DNA of 64,000 nucleotides, from the NCBI GenBank assembly GCA_009914755.4, contig CP068257.2, positions 30,464,001 through 30,528,000 on the forward strand, given 5' to 3'. How positions within the stretch are numbered: position 1 is the stretch's first letter; the number at the start of each line of letters is the position of its first letter. Below the pieces are notes generated by a model. That model worked only from the letters and a program-made list of their open reading frames with translations. It searched no databases and was not told where the DNA came from. Shown piece by piece: positions 32,641-46,990 of the stretch. The position numbers and the translations under genes were made by a program. Origin of the DNA: the human T2T-CHM13v2.0 reference genome, Homo sapiens.

Positions 32641-33574
32641 GACTTGGCAGTGTTTGCCTCAATGGAGGAGGAATTAGCTGGGGGAGGAGTGGGTCAGAAG
32701 ACTGCTATTTCAGTATCAACCTTTTAATACTGTTTGGCTTTTTAAACTAGGTCCATAAATATCTTTGATAGAAATGTAGATTAATTTTTTAAACTCCGTT
32801 ACTGTAACAACTTGGCCCATCAACCAAGCTACAACAAATGAAGTTATACCCAGTGGCATGTGATGGTCCTCCCTGCTATAGCAAGTGGTTCACAGAGGAG
32901 AAACGCTACTCGCTGTCAAGTCCCATTTCTGAAAGAAGTGACCTCTTTTTCAACCCTGAGAAAATGCAGCCACTAAATACAAGTCAAATCTGGTTACCAT
33001 CGAAATCCAAGTGATGTGTAACCAAAATATTTGTAAGCCCCAGGTAATGGCCTAGTTATCCCAGTATAATGTGTTGTAACAGCATCTTCAAATACTAAAA
33101 AATGTATAGTAGTTGCTTTCACTCTGGGCTCCTATAGCATCCTACTGCCCTTACCAATGGGTAATTTATCACATTTTTATTGTACTTTATTGTTGGGATT
33201 TTCAAAGTGTTTGTTAAATCGTCTGTCTTCATGAGGACAAAGACCATAACTAGTTAATTTTGTTTAATCCCCTGTGTCCAACACAGTAACTAATATATAG
33301 AAGGCATGAAGGAAATGTTCGATATATAAAGAAAGAAAAGACTAAATGAATTTAAAACAAATAAATAAAGCAGCATCCAAGATAATCAATGCATACTGAA
33401 AGTTTAGAGTGAAGAGGACCAAAACGAAGGGGCTGTTAAGAGTGACAAACACTGCAAAATCTGGGGAATAACAAGAATGGCTGACTCTTACACAGTGTTT
33501 GCTATGTGCCAGCATGGTTCTGGGAGAGGCATGGGTAAGAGCTCAATTAATTCTCATAATAACCATGATGCAGG

Positions 33575-33700
33575 CTATCACTATTCCCATTTTATAGAGA
33601 AGTAAATAATTGGCCCCAAATCACACAGTCCTCAAGCAACAGAGGGGCCATGCTTAGGACCCAGGCCACCTGGCTCCAGAGTCTGTGCTCATAAGCACTT
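33575..33700 (-). mobile_element. MIR fragment
   Basis: It reads cattttatagagaagtaaataattggccccaaatcacacagtcctcaagcaacagaggggccatgcttaggacccaggccacctggctccagagtc. Confidence 0.5.
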
Positions 33701-34214
33701 CACATGAAGGACTGAAGTCCTCAGAAGCAAAGGCCTAAGGGATATGGCCCAGGGAGCTGACTTGGCTGGGTACATTCAGCCAGTTTGGACTCGTTAAGAA
33801 AGTTCTAAAGGAGAAGAGGTCTTCAGTAGAGAATAAGAGCTTGTAGGGTGAGAGCTACCTGGAACCTTTAGATTGGGAGCAAGGCCTTACCTCAGGTTCC
33901 TCAGCTGTGTAGGAGGAGGGCTACCCTTTTCCTCCAAGTTGTTGAGCTGGGTAAGGGCAGAGCCAGTTGATGGGAGAGAGTGCCCAGGCACAACTGGGTG
34001 TGAACCAAAGGACAAATGGCTATGTCTGGTGCTCTTAGGCAAAGGCTGATTGTCCAAGGTTCTTGTTCTCTCTGGACCCAGGAGAGAAGAGCAAGAAGAC
34101 CAATCAAGTGAAAATAAAAGCTGGTTCCTGAGAATTTCTGCAGAAAACTGAGAGTGAGAGGACCCAAGGAAGCCCTGATTGGAGAAATAACAGAATCAAT
34201 GCTGTGGGCTGAAT

Positions 34215-34560
34215 GTTTGTGCCTTCCCAAAATTTATTTATTGAAACCTAATGCCCAATGTGATGGGGTTAGGAGATGGGACATTTGGGAGGTGACTAGG
34301 TTATGAGAGCAAATCCTTCATTTGTTCCCTTTAAAAAAGACTCTAGAGATTTTGTGCCCCTTCCGCCATGTGAGGACACAGTGAGACAGCCGTCTGTAAA
34401 CAAGGAGGTGGGCACTTGCCAGACCCTGAATTTGCTGGGCCTTGATCTTGGACTTCCCAGCCTCTAGAGCTATCAGAAATAAATTTCTGTTATGTATAAG
34501 CCACACAGTTTATGGTAACCTGTTACAGCAGCCCAAGCTGTCTAAGACAACCAAGGAGGT
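34215..34560 (+). mobile_element. MaLR-type (MLT1-like) LTR fragment
   Basis: It contains ...aatgcccaatgtgatggggttaggagatgggacatttgggaggtgactaggttatgagagc...ccatgtgaggacacagtgagacagccgtctgtaaacaaggagg..accctgaatttgctgggccttgatcttggacttcccagcctctagagctatcagaaataaatttctgttatgtataagccacacagtttatggtaacctgttacagcagcccaagctg. Confidence 0.55.
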
Positions 34561-35319
34561 ACAATTCATAAGGAAACAGATTTTCCACATGGTTGCTGTG
34601 GGCCAAGGTTGACAGAACAGAATCTCTTGGGTCCTTCCATGATGCCAGGGCACTGTGGTCTCCCGAAACATGAGATAGAAGCTGAGAGAGATTGATTATG
34701 AAAATGTCTGCTATTCTTCACCCTTCCTTGTATCTACTGCTTTCAATGTTTCTTTGCAGTTCTGATCCCCAAACATGTGAGAGAGCCCAGCCAAGATCAG
34801 CAGAGCCACCTCCCTGACCCTCAGCCAACCTCAGATGGATGGATGAGCCCAGGTGAAACTAGAGGGACCATCCAGCTTACCTGTAGACTTGCAAGCAATA
34901 ACAATGCTTGTTATTTTATCCCACTGAGTTTCTGGGTGGTTGTTATGTAGGTATCATGAACTGATACAGGAACCATGTAGAATACCAGGAAGACAAGAGT
35001 TGCAGGACAACTCAGAGCTCCCCCTCTTCCTGCTCCTTGGGGAAGAGATATGGTAGGGAAACAGATGGACCAGCTAGCTAGTAGAGGCTATCAAATGAAT
35101 TTAAAAAAAAGAAAAAAAAAACAGCTACTCTTTAATGAGCACCTACTATGCACATGGCAACTTTGTGAGGTGGGCATGGGGGCAGCAGTCACCGCTAGAT
35201 GCCTACCCAATACATATTCTCCACTTCACTCTTCCTTTTTTACTAACAGAATCTTATTTGGGAGAGGAAACAATGTACCCATATTAAAAAATAATATTTC
35301 GTAAACTCCCTTGCAGTTA

Positions 35320-35760
<441 letters not shown>

Positions 35761-35960
35761 AAGAGAAAAAGAAAGAAAGAAGGAAAGGAAGGAAGGAAGG
35801 AAGGAAAGAGAGAAAGAGCGAGAGAGTGAGAAAGAGAGAGAGAGAAAGAGAAAGAGAGAAAGAAATAAAGAAAGAAAGAAAGAAAGAAAGGAAGAAAGAA
35901 AAAGAAAAAGAAAGAGAGAGAAAAAGAGAGAGAAAAAGAAAGAGAGAGAGAAGGCTGGAA
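35761..35960. repeat. Polypurine microsatellite of about 200 bp, (GAAA/GGAA/GA)n
   Basis: It reads agagaaaaagaaagaaagaaggaaaggaaggaaggaaggaaggaaagagagaaagagcgagagag...gaaagagagagag and is almost 100% purine on the plus strand. Confidence 0.9.
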
Positions 35961-36329
35961 CTATTACAGCCATCTTATTACCATGAGGGAAAAGCCAAGA
36001 GAATTACAGAGACTTACACCATGATATTATTTAGCCTCTGAACTAAACACTACCAAATGCCAAACCCAGATATCATGTCGCATGAGGGGGAAAAAATCCT
36101 CAGTTTTTCACACCATACTTTGTTGGAGTTTTTCATGACATGGATCCAGCCTATTTCCAAGTAATACATCGAAGATTATTTTCATTTTACAGATCAGAAA
36201 ACCAACACTTGGAGAAATTAAAAGCTTGCCCCGGGCTGCCAGTATATTATTATATTAATGATCTCCAGTGAATTCCACCTCCCAGTATCTATATCCTTCT
36301 ATAATTCACCCTCCCTCCCATATTAACTC

Positions 36330-36730
36330 AGAACTTGACCATGTGACTTGCTTTGGCCAATGGGACATCAGTAAATGTAATGCAAACAAAGGCTTTATAA
36401 ATGCACGTGCACTTATAAAGGGGCTTCCCTTTTTGGAATGGTCCCTCCCTCCACCATGGGAAGAAACCTTGTCTTCACATGTTTCTCACATGAGAGACCA
36501 GGATGAGAAAAGACCACATGGAGAAAGAGGCCCACCTGTCCCAGTGATTCTAGACATTCCCCCTGGGACCTGCCAGCCCTCGCTGCAGCCACACAAGTAA
36601 CCCCTGCAAAGACCGGCAGAGGAGCCTCCCAACTGAGTCCCATCCAAACTGCAGAATTTTTGAACAAATACATGGTTGTTAATTCAAACCACGAAACATT
36701 GGGGTGGTTTGTTACACAAAAGTATATAAC
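36330..36730 (+). mobile_element. MaLR-type LTR fragment
   Basis: It begins ccatgtgacttgctttggccaatgggacatcagtaaatgtaatgcaaacaaaggctt and ends ...gcagaatttttgaacaaatacatggttgttaattcaaaccacgaaacattggggtggtttgttacacaa. Confidence 0.45.
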
Positions 36731-38189
36731 TGCTACGCCTAGCTAATAAATGGCAATAGCAGAACTTGAATTTAGATCTGTTTGACACCAAGGGCCACGT
36801 TTGTAACCACTCTCCTATTCCCCACCACCATACTCCTGTTTTACTTGTTTAGTCTACACGCTTCCCCCAGGCCTGAGGAAAGACTTGCATTTCCCGTTCA
36901 GATTCTGTAAAATCACTTTCCCACGTTGGTGGCTTTTCCTTTCTACTCTGAGCTCTGGACTCTAAGTTGACAGAGTTCCTGTCGGAAAACAAAGAGCATC
37001 TGATGCCGACTGAACCTCCAGACACAATCTTGCTCTGATCTCCATTCTCCCGGCTCCAACGCCTTCAACATGTGTGCAGAACTGAGTCAATGATGTCAGA
37101 GAGGTGGAACTATTCCCAGAGGGCATTTCATTCACCTAATAATAAAATGTGTGTGTACCTCTCCACTGCCAATCCCTTCTGCAATTAAAGTAGGAACATT
37201 TTGCATTCAGGGTGTTCTTGTCATGACTGAAGCCTCAAAGGGCTTTGCAACCCTGGGTGAACCCTCCCGATACCAAGGCCCGTATCTGCCAATCCCTGTC
37301 ACCCAACACTCCCTTGAGATGACCTCAAGGCATGTATGCTGAATTGAATACCTTTTCCAAAAAGAACCTCTCTGAAGACATCTATTTAACTTGCATTTTC
37401 TATGGTACTAGCGTGGTTTAGTTAGGGACATGGACCCTATGTGTGTTGAGGATTTGGTGTAGGTTTCACAGTCTGGCTGTTGGTACTAGCTTCCCCTGTG
37501 GCACCTCAGTTCATCCCTGTGTGGCCTCTCATCTTCCAGTAGGTCCGGCCAGCTTCCTTATGTGACATCCACAAGAAAATGTTCCAGCTTTGTAAGTCAG
37601 ACAGTGTCACTTTTACCACATTCATTTCATTAAAGAAAGTCGCATGTTTCCAAGAGTGAGAAAACAGACTCTACTTCTTGAGCTGCCAAGCACCTAGGGC
37701 CATATTGAATCTTCTATGCCTGTATTCAAGGTGAATTGTTGTTATTGACTATTACTTAGGCTGAAGAATGGGACTGACCTCTTTAAGAGTAATGCTGAGT
37801 CATCCAGTCAGCCTCAGCCCAAAGACAACACTCCAAGCTGACAGGCGATATTGAGGTCAGTGCAGACACACGGTTTTAGAGCAGAGCAAAAATCACAAGA
37901 CAGGTCAACAAAGAGAAAGACTGGAGGTGTAAGGACTGCCCTGAAGAGGCACCTGAGAACCTTTCACGGGTGAGAACCACAAAGAGAAATTGAGGCGGCT
38001 GGGAGGAGTGGGGAGGGATGAGGGTTGGGCAAGTACCTACCATGTACCAGGTGCATGTCACGAAGGCCTCACACAACCCATCATCATCCTCGTTGCAAAT
38101 CCTCACACTATGCTAGTGCCAGGGCTGTTGTGCTAATCACTTTATGCAAATGACTTAGTTAATATCAGCAACAATTCTGAGATAGGTGT

Positions 38190-38400
38190 CACTGTGTCTC
38201 CCATCTCACAAATAAAAGAAAACTAAGTCCCAGAGAGGTTAAGTAACTATCCCGAAGTCACACAGCTAGTAGCCAATGGAGTTAGGTTGGGCCATTGTAC
38301 AGAGGAGAAAAATGAGGCTCAGAGAGATTAAATAACTTGCCAAAGAACACAGAATTGAACTAAGAGTCATGCCTAAATCTTTCTGACTCCCAAAAACGGG
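38190..38400 (-). mobile_element. MIR fragments, possibly two adjacent copies
   Basis: They read aactaagtcccagagaggttaagtaactatcccgaagtcacacagctagtagccaatggagttagg and ...gagaaaaatgaggctcagagagattaaataacttgccaaagaacacagaattgaactaagag. Confidence 0.5.
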
Positions 38401-38750
38401 GCTCTTTCCTTAAGTGCACTGTGTTGCCTCTGAAGTATTTGCATCATGAGAAAGATTATTCCAGACCCTTCCAGAAAGAGAAGACTGGCTGCCATGGAAG
38501 AGGCAGACCCAGTCACCCAGACCTTCTTCATGAAGCAAATTTAACATGAAATTAAAAGTGGGCATTTAAGAATACACTTAAGCTATGAATACACTGTATG
38601 CTGCACCCCTAATAATACAAGTGAAGTCAGAAAAGGCAGTGTGTGCCTGGTGCTTACATTTCTTTTCTTTTCTTTCTATTTTGATGTTTAATTTCTTGGC
38701 AGTAAGGAGAATTAACTACTTCCTGTCTTAAACAAATGGGGACATATTTA

Positions 38751-39219
<469 letters not shown>

Positions 39220-39854
39220 CTACTCAGAGTCGGTCCAGCCTGCAGGCAGCGAGAGGATTTCCCCTGGATCCTGAGCCTATCTGTGCCTTCCTTGAGGCAG
39301 CGTTGGTGGGTTCTAGACGGAGAAGAGGGAACGAGGAATTTAGTGGGAAAACCACCGCTCTGGAAGGTGCCCTTGGGAAGGCAGCTCGGACCCTAATCAG
39401 ACCTAACAAATTCCTGAGTAGAGAAAGAAGAGACGTTGGCATGGGGTCTTTCCAGTCTGTGCTTGGAGAAACGCCCACTTGGGTTTTGGCCATCTGCCTA
39501 TTATGTTCTAGAAAATTCCACAGGACCCTGAGGGATGAGGCCATTCTGGGAGGGAGCTGAAAAGCAGGATGTGACAGCAGAGATAAGGGATCCTGGCAGG
39601 GATCTCCTGCAGACAGAGGGGTGCAGAGCCACCCTCCCTGGGAAGAGAGCTCGGGCTTCCCACCTTCAGACTGGGCCTCAGCTCATGACCCATTCCAAAG
39701 ATGGAAAAACTTAACTGATTACCATTTTCATGAAACATCTTTGATTTTTCATTGTCTTAGTGAGCCTGGGTTGTAGTGAAGCTTGCAGTTGAGACAAGGA
39801 TGGAGAACGAGCACTAGGGAGAAGGTGGCAGGGCTGTGTTAAAAATATCTGAAT

Positions 39855-40350
<496 letters not shown>

Positions 40351-42639
40351 TTAGCTCCCTCCTGCCCTCCGAGCCTCTTCCTTCCCTCCCCATCCCCTCT
40401 CTGAGCCGGCATTTCTTCCATCTGCCCAGTCCCTGTCTACACATTATTCCTCTTTTGTGATCTCAATGTAATGGAGTGAAATTATCACATAAACACAGGA
40501 AGAGTCTCTGGGCCTCTTCTCCTCTCCCCACCTCCTCTCCAGCATCCATCTCCCTCTGGCATTGTCTGTGTGGGCTGTTGGCCACATCTCACTCCCCGCT
40601 CCCTGCAGGCACAAACCCAAAAGCCTCACACATTTCAGGCCTCAGAGGGAGGGAGCAGGCCATGGCACATCTGTCCGAGACCTCCCCCTGCCTTTCGTTT
40701 TGGGACTGTTCAGACCAACCCACTTTTTTCTTTTCCCCAGTGCCCAAGGGTCTCACCACTTAAAATCACACTCAGATTTCCACGGCAAGTTGAAGCTTTG
40801 GCACCTCAGGTGTCCACTGAAATCTCAAACACCCCACAGTCACCCCCAGAGGATTAAGTAGCTTCGAGCTCAAACTTGGAGGATTTCTGGAGAAATGGGG
40901 TTCCAGCAGGTACTGGATTCAGTTCAGTCTAACTTCCCCGGAATCGTTTCATCCCTCTAGAAAAGACTTGGGGTTCCCAAAGTGTAACCTGGCCCTCTGG
41001 AGAGGGCGTGAGGGAGTGAGGTGCTTGTAATGGCCCAAACACTGCTGCTGGACTTGAACTTGATCATCATCAAACAGTTTACTGCTAGGATTCTGATTTT
41101 CAAGGAGCTAGGAGTGACTCACTTCATTAAAAGCAAGCACACACTATGTACCCCAGCTTGCTCCAGTTTCTACATGACCCCAGCATTTCCCCAGTGCCTG
41201 CAGGAGTACCTGGCACATAGGGGGCTTCCCAAAACGTTTGTTGATTGAAGAAATGACCTCACCCTCTCAAGAGGCTGCCAGCCTCCCGCAGCCCGCAGGA
41301 AAGGAATCTGGAAGCTCCCTGCAGAGGGGAAGTTGTCTGATGGTCATCTTTTAGTTTGTTTTCTCTAAGCCTTCACAGTGGGTACTGACTACATTCACCG
41401 TTCATATTTTACAGAGAAAAATATTCATCACTTCCCTCTCAGAAAATCAAACGCTGCTTTGCATGTTGGAGAAGAAGCACGATCTAAAAATCCCCACTGG
41501 GTAGAGCCAGGCAGAGTGATTCATACCCTCTATTCAGAGGCAAGAATGACATATGTCGTGCACATGTGCCCAGCGCCGACCAAGCGGCCAAGCTGGATTC
41601 TCAGAGCAGCCCACTCAGAAGAACATTCCTTATTTTTACCCTTTGCCAAAAACAGAAACTCACACCAATGCTCCCTCATAAATAGCCTTGCCATTTCAGA
41701 AGGCTGCTTCGAAGTACAAGATGCTCAGTGGAACTGAGACCACGGAAGCACGACTGTGGTTTATAGAAACTGAATTAGACTCATTATCTAAGAATGAAAG
41801 CATTCAGCTTCTAAATATACAGTAGCATTTATTTCTGGCCCACCCTCCGTGTTTGTGTACTTTTTATTTTTTTTTTTAGAAACCTATACCTTTTTAAAGA
41901 CACTCTCTACAGCACTTGCCACAAAGGACCAGTTTCTAAGTGTGGTTTAAAATAGCTGGTGGCCTCTGGTGCAGTAAAAGGGAAAATCGGAGGAGGGCAG
42001 CACCTGAGAAGTGCAGAGACACAGGTGTGTGGTGATCCAGAGGTCTGGGGGAGGATTTTTGTTACTTTGAAAAGCAGATGGAGACTCCACAGCTGTAAGA
42101 AGAGCAAGAAGAACAAGTTCTTGCAAGGAACATACTTGGTAAATATAATGATGCTTTATATCAGCACGATTGTCCCAAGACACAGGAAAAATGACAACAA
42201 AACCATTCCAATGGCTCCTTTGGGAAGAAGTAACTATGACGCATCACCCTCTTTTGATTTATAATTGGGGAAACTGAGGCTAACTGAGATGAAGCATTGT
42301 TCCCAACGTTGTGCAGTAGATGCGAGCCCTAGGTTCTGGCTGTTTTCCACTGATTCGTCAGCCATGAATTTCAACAGTTGGGTGAGATCTGGCTCTCATC
42401 CAAACCCTGTGCCAGCAGAAATGATCTTTGTTTGCGGGCAGAGAAGGCAAGAGTAGGAAGGGGACAATGATGGTGTCTGCCTTGACCCCGGTGGGAAGCA
42501 TCACTGGGTTGTTTCTCCTCCGTGATTACTCACAGCCTAACTGCAATCCATTCTCTCCTGTTTTGCAGAGGTTCTCATCCTGAGTTTCCCCAAACAGCTC
42601 CTATTGGACCAAGTCTAGTCTTACAATCCCGTGGTGGGG

Positions 42640-43095
42640 AGAAATGGCCCCCCAGAGATATGCCCACATCCTAATCCCTAGAACTTGTGGATATGGCCTT
42701 ATTTGGATAAAAGGTCTTTGCAGATGTAATTAAGTTAAAGATTTTAATGAGGAAATCATCCTGGGTTATCTGGGTGGGTCCTGAATGCAACACAATGTCC
42801 TTACAAGGCACTTATACAGGGAGGGAGATTTGACACAAAATAAGAGGAAAAGGTGATTTGAAGATGGAGGTAGAGATTGGAGTGATGCGGCCACAACCCA
42901 AGGGAAGCCAGCAGCCCCTAAGGAGCTGGGAGAGGCAGGGAACAGATTATCCCCTAAAGACCCTGTAGGGAGTGTGGCCCTGACAACACCTTGACTTCAG
43001 ATTTCTGGCCTCCAAAACCGTCAGAGAATAAATATCTCTTGTTTAAGCCACACAGCATGAGGTAATTTGTCACGGGAGCCACAGGAAACTAACAT
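42640..43095 (+). mobile_element. MLT1-type (ERVL-MaLR) solo LTR
   Basis: It contains ...ccacatcctaatccctagaacttgtggatatggccttatttggataaaaggtctttgcagatgtaattaagttaaagatt..ggaaatcatcctgggttatctgggtgggtcctgaatgcaacacaatgtccttacaagg. It ends ...ttctggcctccaaaaccgtcagagaataaatatctcttgtttaagccacacagcatgaggtaatttgtcacgggagccacaggaaactaacatag. Confidence 0.6.
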
Positions 43096-45150
43096 AGACT
43101 ACATCCTGTCTAGAATTCTGTTAGATTTGCCTAAGGGCTAAATTGCAACTCCCAAAATCTGATACAATGGAGGCTTGCTTTCCTGTTTTGTCATTCTCTC
43201 AACAGTTACTTAGGAGTGCTTACTAGGCACTAACAGTGAGCTAGGTGCTGGGATAATGATGGGCAAATAGACACAAACCCTGATTTCATGCAGCTTACAG
43301 CAGGGGAAATAGTCAGGAAGCAAATACCAACACCAACTGCATTATAATCTGTAATAAAGGCTGAGAAGGCAGAGTGCAGGTGGTGTGACAGGTGATGGCA
43401 GGTAATGGCCTCATGTGAAGAGGAAGAGAGTGAGCTTGAGACTGAGCCCTGAGGTCTAATAGGAAAAGGGGCTTTCCAGTTAGAGAAAACAGCCCGTAGG
43501 GAGACCCCCAAAGCAGGAAGGATGTGGAAGCTTTCAAGGATCGACTACAGGCAGAAAGCAAGGAAGGGAATTTTAATCTCTGTCCTTAGGACATGGGGAA
43601 GCCAAGTGTTTTATGCAGAGGGGTGGCCCAATGAGATGAAAGTTTCCAGCAGCTCAGTCCGGCTGTGAAGGAGATGGGAGTGGGCCAAGACCAGTGAGGA
43701 GACTCTTGAGAAGCCCAAGCAAGAGATGGTGGTGGTTTTGATACGGGAGGGGGGCAGGGAAGTGCTGGGTAGAGAAGGGCAGGGCTCCTGGTGAGGGCTC
43801 CACCCTCGGTCTTGTGCCCATGGACCTAAGTGATAACCAGCACTCCTGTTTCCACGCCCAAATGTTGCATTGTCCAAGACTACTCCTAACCACTTCACCC
43901 CCGATCCTGTGCCCATAAAAACCCTGAGACCCTAGCGGGCACAGACACAAGCAGCTGGACGTTGAGAGAAGCAGAAGATCACGCAACGGACACCAGCAGA
44001 CACTGGCAGGCCACTGACAGCAGGACAACATGGAATTCAGTCAGGGGCAGTCAGAGGAGAGTCCGGCTGCTGAGCGGCCCACTCCAGGGAAAGACCACCT
44101 TTCCACCCCAACCCCCTTCTGGATCCCCATCCATCTGCTGAGAGCTACTTCCTCCACTCAATAAAACCTTGCACTAATCCTCCAAGCCCACGTGTGATCT
44201 GATTTTTCCAGTACACGAGGGCAAGGACCCGGAATACAGAAAGGCCTCTGTCCTTGCGATAAGGCAGAGGGTCTAACTGAGCTGATTAACACAAGCTGCC
44301 TATGGATGGCTAAACTGAAAGAATTCACTGTAACATGCCCACTGGAGTTTCAGGAGCTGTAAACATTCACCCCTAGACACTGCCGTGGGGTCAGAGCCCA
44401 AAAACACTCTCCACAACCTGCCTGTCTGCATGCTTCCCCTAGGAGTTTGAGCAGCAGGTCACTGACAAAGTGAGCCACACCCCTGTCACACACCCTGTGA
44501 GGGGGATAAGGGAACTCCTCCCATTTCAGTTTGTACTAGGATGGGAACTGCTGAGATGGGGAGAAGTGGGTGGATTCCAAAGGAGTTGGTGATGGGTTGG
44601 AGGTGGGTGGTGGAAAGGATACAAACCGGGTTTCTCAGTTGTACCACAGCCAGGATAGAAGTGCCAGAGCCATTGGGAATATTCAAGAAGGACTCAGATT
44701 TGGGCAGAGAAAACAACAAGTATTTTCATTTGGAATGACCATGCATCTTAGTTTTCCAGGGACAATCCAAGTTAAGCCTATCATCCCAAAGTCTTGTCTG
44801 GTTTAGTTTAGAATTTGTTATTCTCAAAAATGCCCTGGTTTGGACCAATACATTTAACAGTCACTCTAGGCTAAGATTTGTGTGATTTGAAAGGCCTTGG
44901 AGACATCTGAGAGAAGATTTTGAGAATCTAGAATGAGAAGAGAAGGAGCCCAGGAGTGAAGCTTCCTGAACTTTAGTATCTGAGGACAGGCAAAGGTCGC
45001 CAAGCAGGCAGGGTCTGAGAGTAAGGAGGCCAGAAATGTTACGGGAGGTGCATGCCCTGTGTTCTAGTTTTCCTAGAGAGCCTTCAAACTTTTTCTATAA
45101 AAGGCCAAATGAACATTATTTGGCTTCCCAGGTCAAATGGTGTTGGTCGC

Positions 45151-45700
45151 TGATATGATTTGGCTCTGTTTCCCCACCCAAATCTCATCTCGAATTGTAT
45201 TCCTGTAATTCCCACATGTTGTAGGAGGGACCCAATGAGAGATAATTGAATCATGGGGGCTGTTTCTCCCATACTGTTCTTGAGATAGTGAATAAGTCTC
45301 ACAAGATCTGATGGTTTTATCAGGGGTTTCTATTAGCTCTGCATCCCCACCCGAATCTCATTTTGAATTATACTCCCATAATTCCCAAGTGTTGTGGGAG
45401 GGACCAGGTGGGAGATAATTGAATAATGGAGGCGGTTTCCCCCATACAGTTCTCGTGATAGTAAATAAGTCTCATGAGATCTGATGGTTTTATCAGGGGT
45501 TTCTGCTTTTGCGTTTTCCTCCTTATCTCTTTGCCTGCTGCCACATATGTAAGACAGGACTTGCTTCTCCTTGCCTTCCACCATGATTGTGAGGCTTCCC
45601 CAGCCACATGGAACTGTAAGTCCAATTAAACCTCTTTCTTTTGTAAATTGCCCCATCTTGGGTCTGTCTTTATCAGCAGTGTGAAAATGGACTAATACAG
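45151..45700 (+). mobile_element. THE1/MST-type MaLR LTR whose 5' ~180 bp is present twice in tandem
   Basis: Copy 1 spans 45151-45333 and reads tgatatgatttggctctgtttccccacccaaatctcatctcgaattgtattcctgtaattcccacatgttgtaggagggacccaatgagagataattgaatcatggggg...gatctgatggttttatcaggggtttctatt. Copy 2 starts at 45336 and reads gctctgcatccccacccgaatctcattttgaattatactcccataattcccaagtgttgtgggagggaccaggtgggagataattgaataatggagg... It continues to the LTR end ...gtctttatcagcagtgtgaaaatggactaatacag. Confidence 0.75.
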
Positions 45701-46689
45701 TTTCTAATACCCAACTATGCCATTGGAGCAGCTTTAGGCACTGCATAAATCAACCAGTGTGGCTCTGTTCCAAAAAAACTTCATTTACAAAAACAGGTAT
45801 GAGCTACATTTTGCCCACAGGGAGTAGCTGGCAGACCTCACTTTAGAATAACACTCTGGGCCTCTCCCTTCTTTATTCCTCTCCAGTGGAGGTGGGAAGG
45901 GGAGCAGGGCATTGGCACTGACGGGTTTTACTGGAGAGCTTAGGCCACCCCCTCTTTGGGGAGCTCTGTCTGAGTGCAGAGAGCTCCACACTGGAAGTCG
46001 TAGGGGGCGGGACTTCTAGGAGGGCCCTAAAGCTGTTCAGTGCTGACAGAAACAGATCTATGATCCAGCCTGATTCTAGGGTGAGGCATTAGTAGTCCCA
46101 CTTGGCTAAGAGCACTAACTATGGTCTGCAATCCTAGTTTTGTCAGAAATGGAAGTGAAATTGTGACTCCATCTGCATGATATTTTTGCTCCAAACTGGG
46201 ACGGGGAGGACTAGGTACATTGACCACCGCCCTGGCCAACCCCAACAGTAAAGGAAGTGTCTATTTCTCAGTTCCACTGTATTTTGGGTTGGATCTTTTT
46301 GTTGATGACTTGCCACTCTTTCAGGCAACTTCAGAAATAGTGTAGTCACTGTAGAGTCTGGTAGCATCTATTCTCTCTTCTGCTAAATGAAAACACATGA
46401 CGGCCTGGTTGCTAAGTAATACAAGTAATGCATGTTGATGTAAACGGTGGTCGAGAGGTGGAGTTGGGGTGAGACACAAATGGGGACATGACCTTGAAGG
46501 CTCTGGAGAGTCTCCCAGGTGGGGGTGGGGGCTAAGTTCCCTCTCGCTTCTGTCTCACTTTCAGATGCCCACCCTCACTCAAAAACATCATTAGGTTTGC
46601 AGCAATTACCCAAGGACTACACATCCTTTATTATTATTATTACGAAATACAGACAAGCAAAGGAGAAAATAAAAACCACCTTTAATCTC

Positions 46690-46990
46690 CACCCAGAGAT
46701 ACTTATTAATAACGGTTTGGCATGTATTTTTCCAGATGCAAAAATGAGATCATATTATCCATGTTGTTTTGTGGTCTGCTTTTGGCATTTAAAATATAAT
46801 AAATATCCTTCCCTGTTGCAGAGAAGAACATACACCGTGATTTTTATGACACGATTCATTTACCCAGTCCTCTGTGATTGGCCATTTAGCTTGTTTCCAA
46901 GTTTTCCCAGTAAAAACAATGCTACAGTGTGCATTCTTATAGCTAGTTCTGGGAGCACTTTTTGAATTATTTTCTTAAACTGAATTCCAA
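46690..46990 (-). mobile_element. Old L1 3'-end fragment in minus orientation
   Basis: It reads ...tccagatgcaaaaatgagatcatattatccatgttgttttgtggtctgcttttggcatt...cattta..gtgattggccatttagcttgtttccaagttttcccagtaaaaacaatgctacagtgtgcattcttatagctagttctgg, matching the reverse complement of the L1 ORF2 C-terminus and 3' region. Confidence 0.5.
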
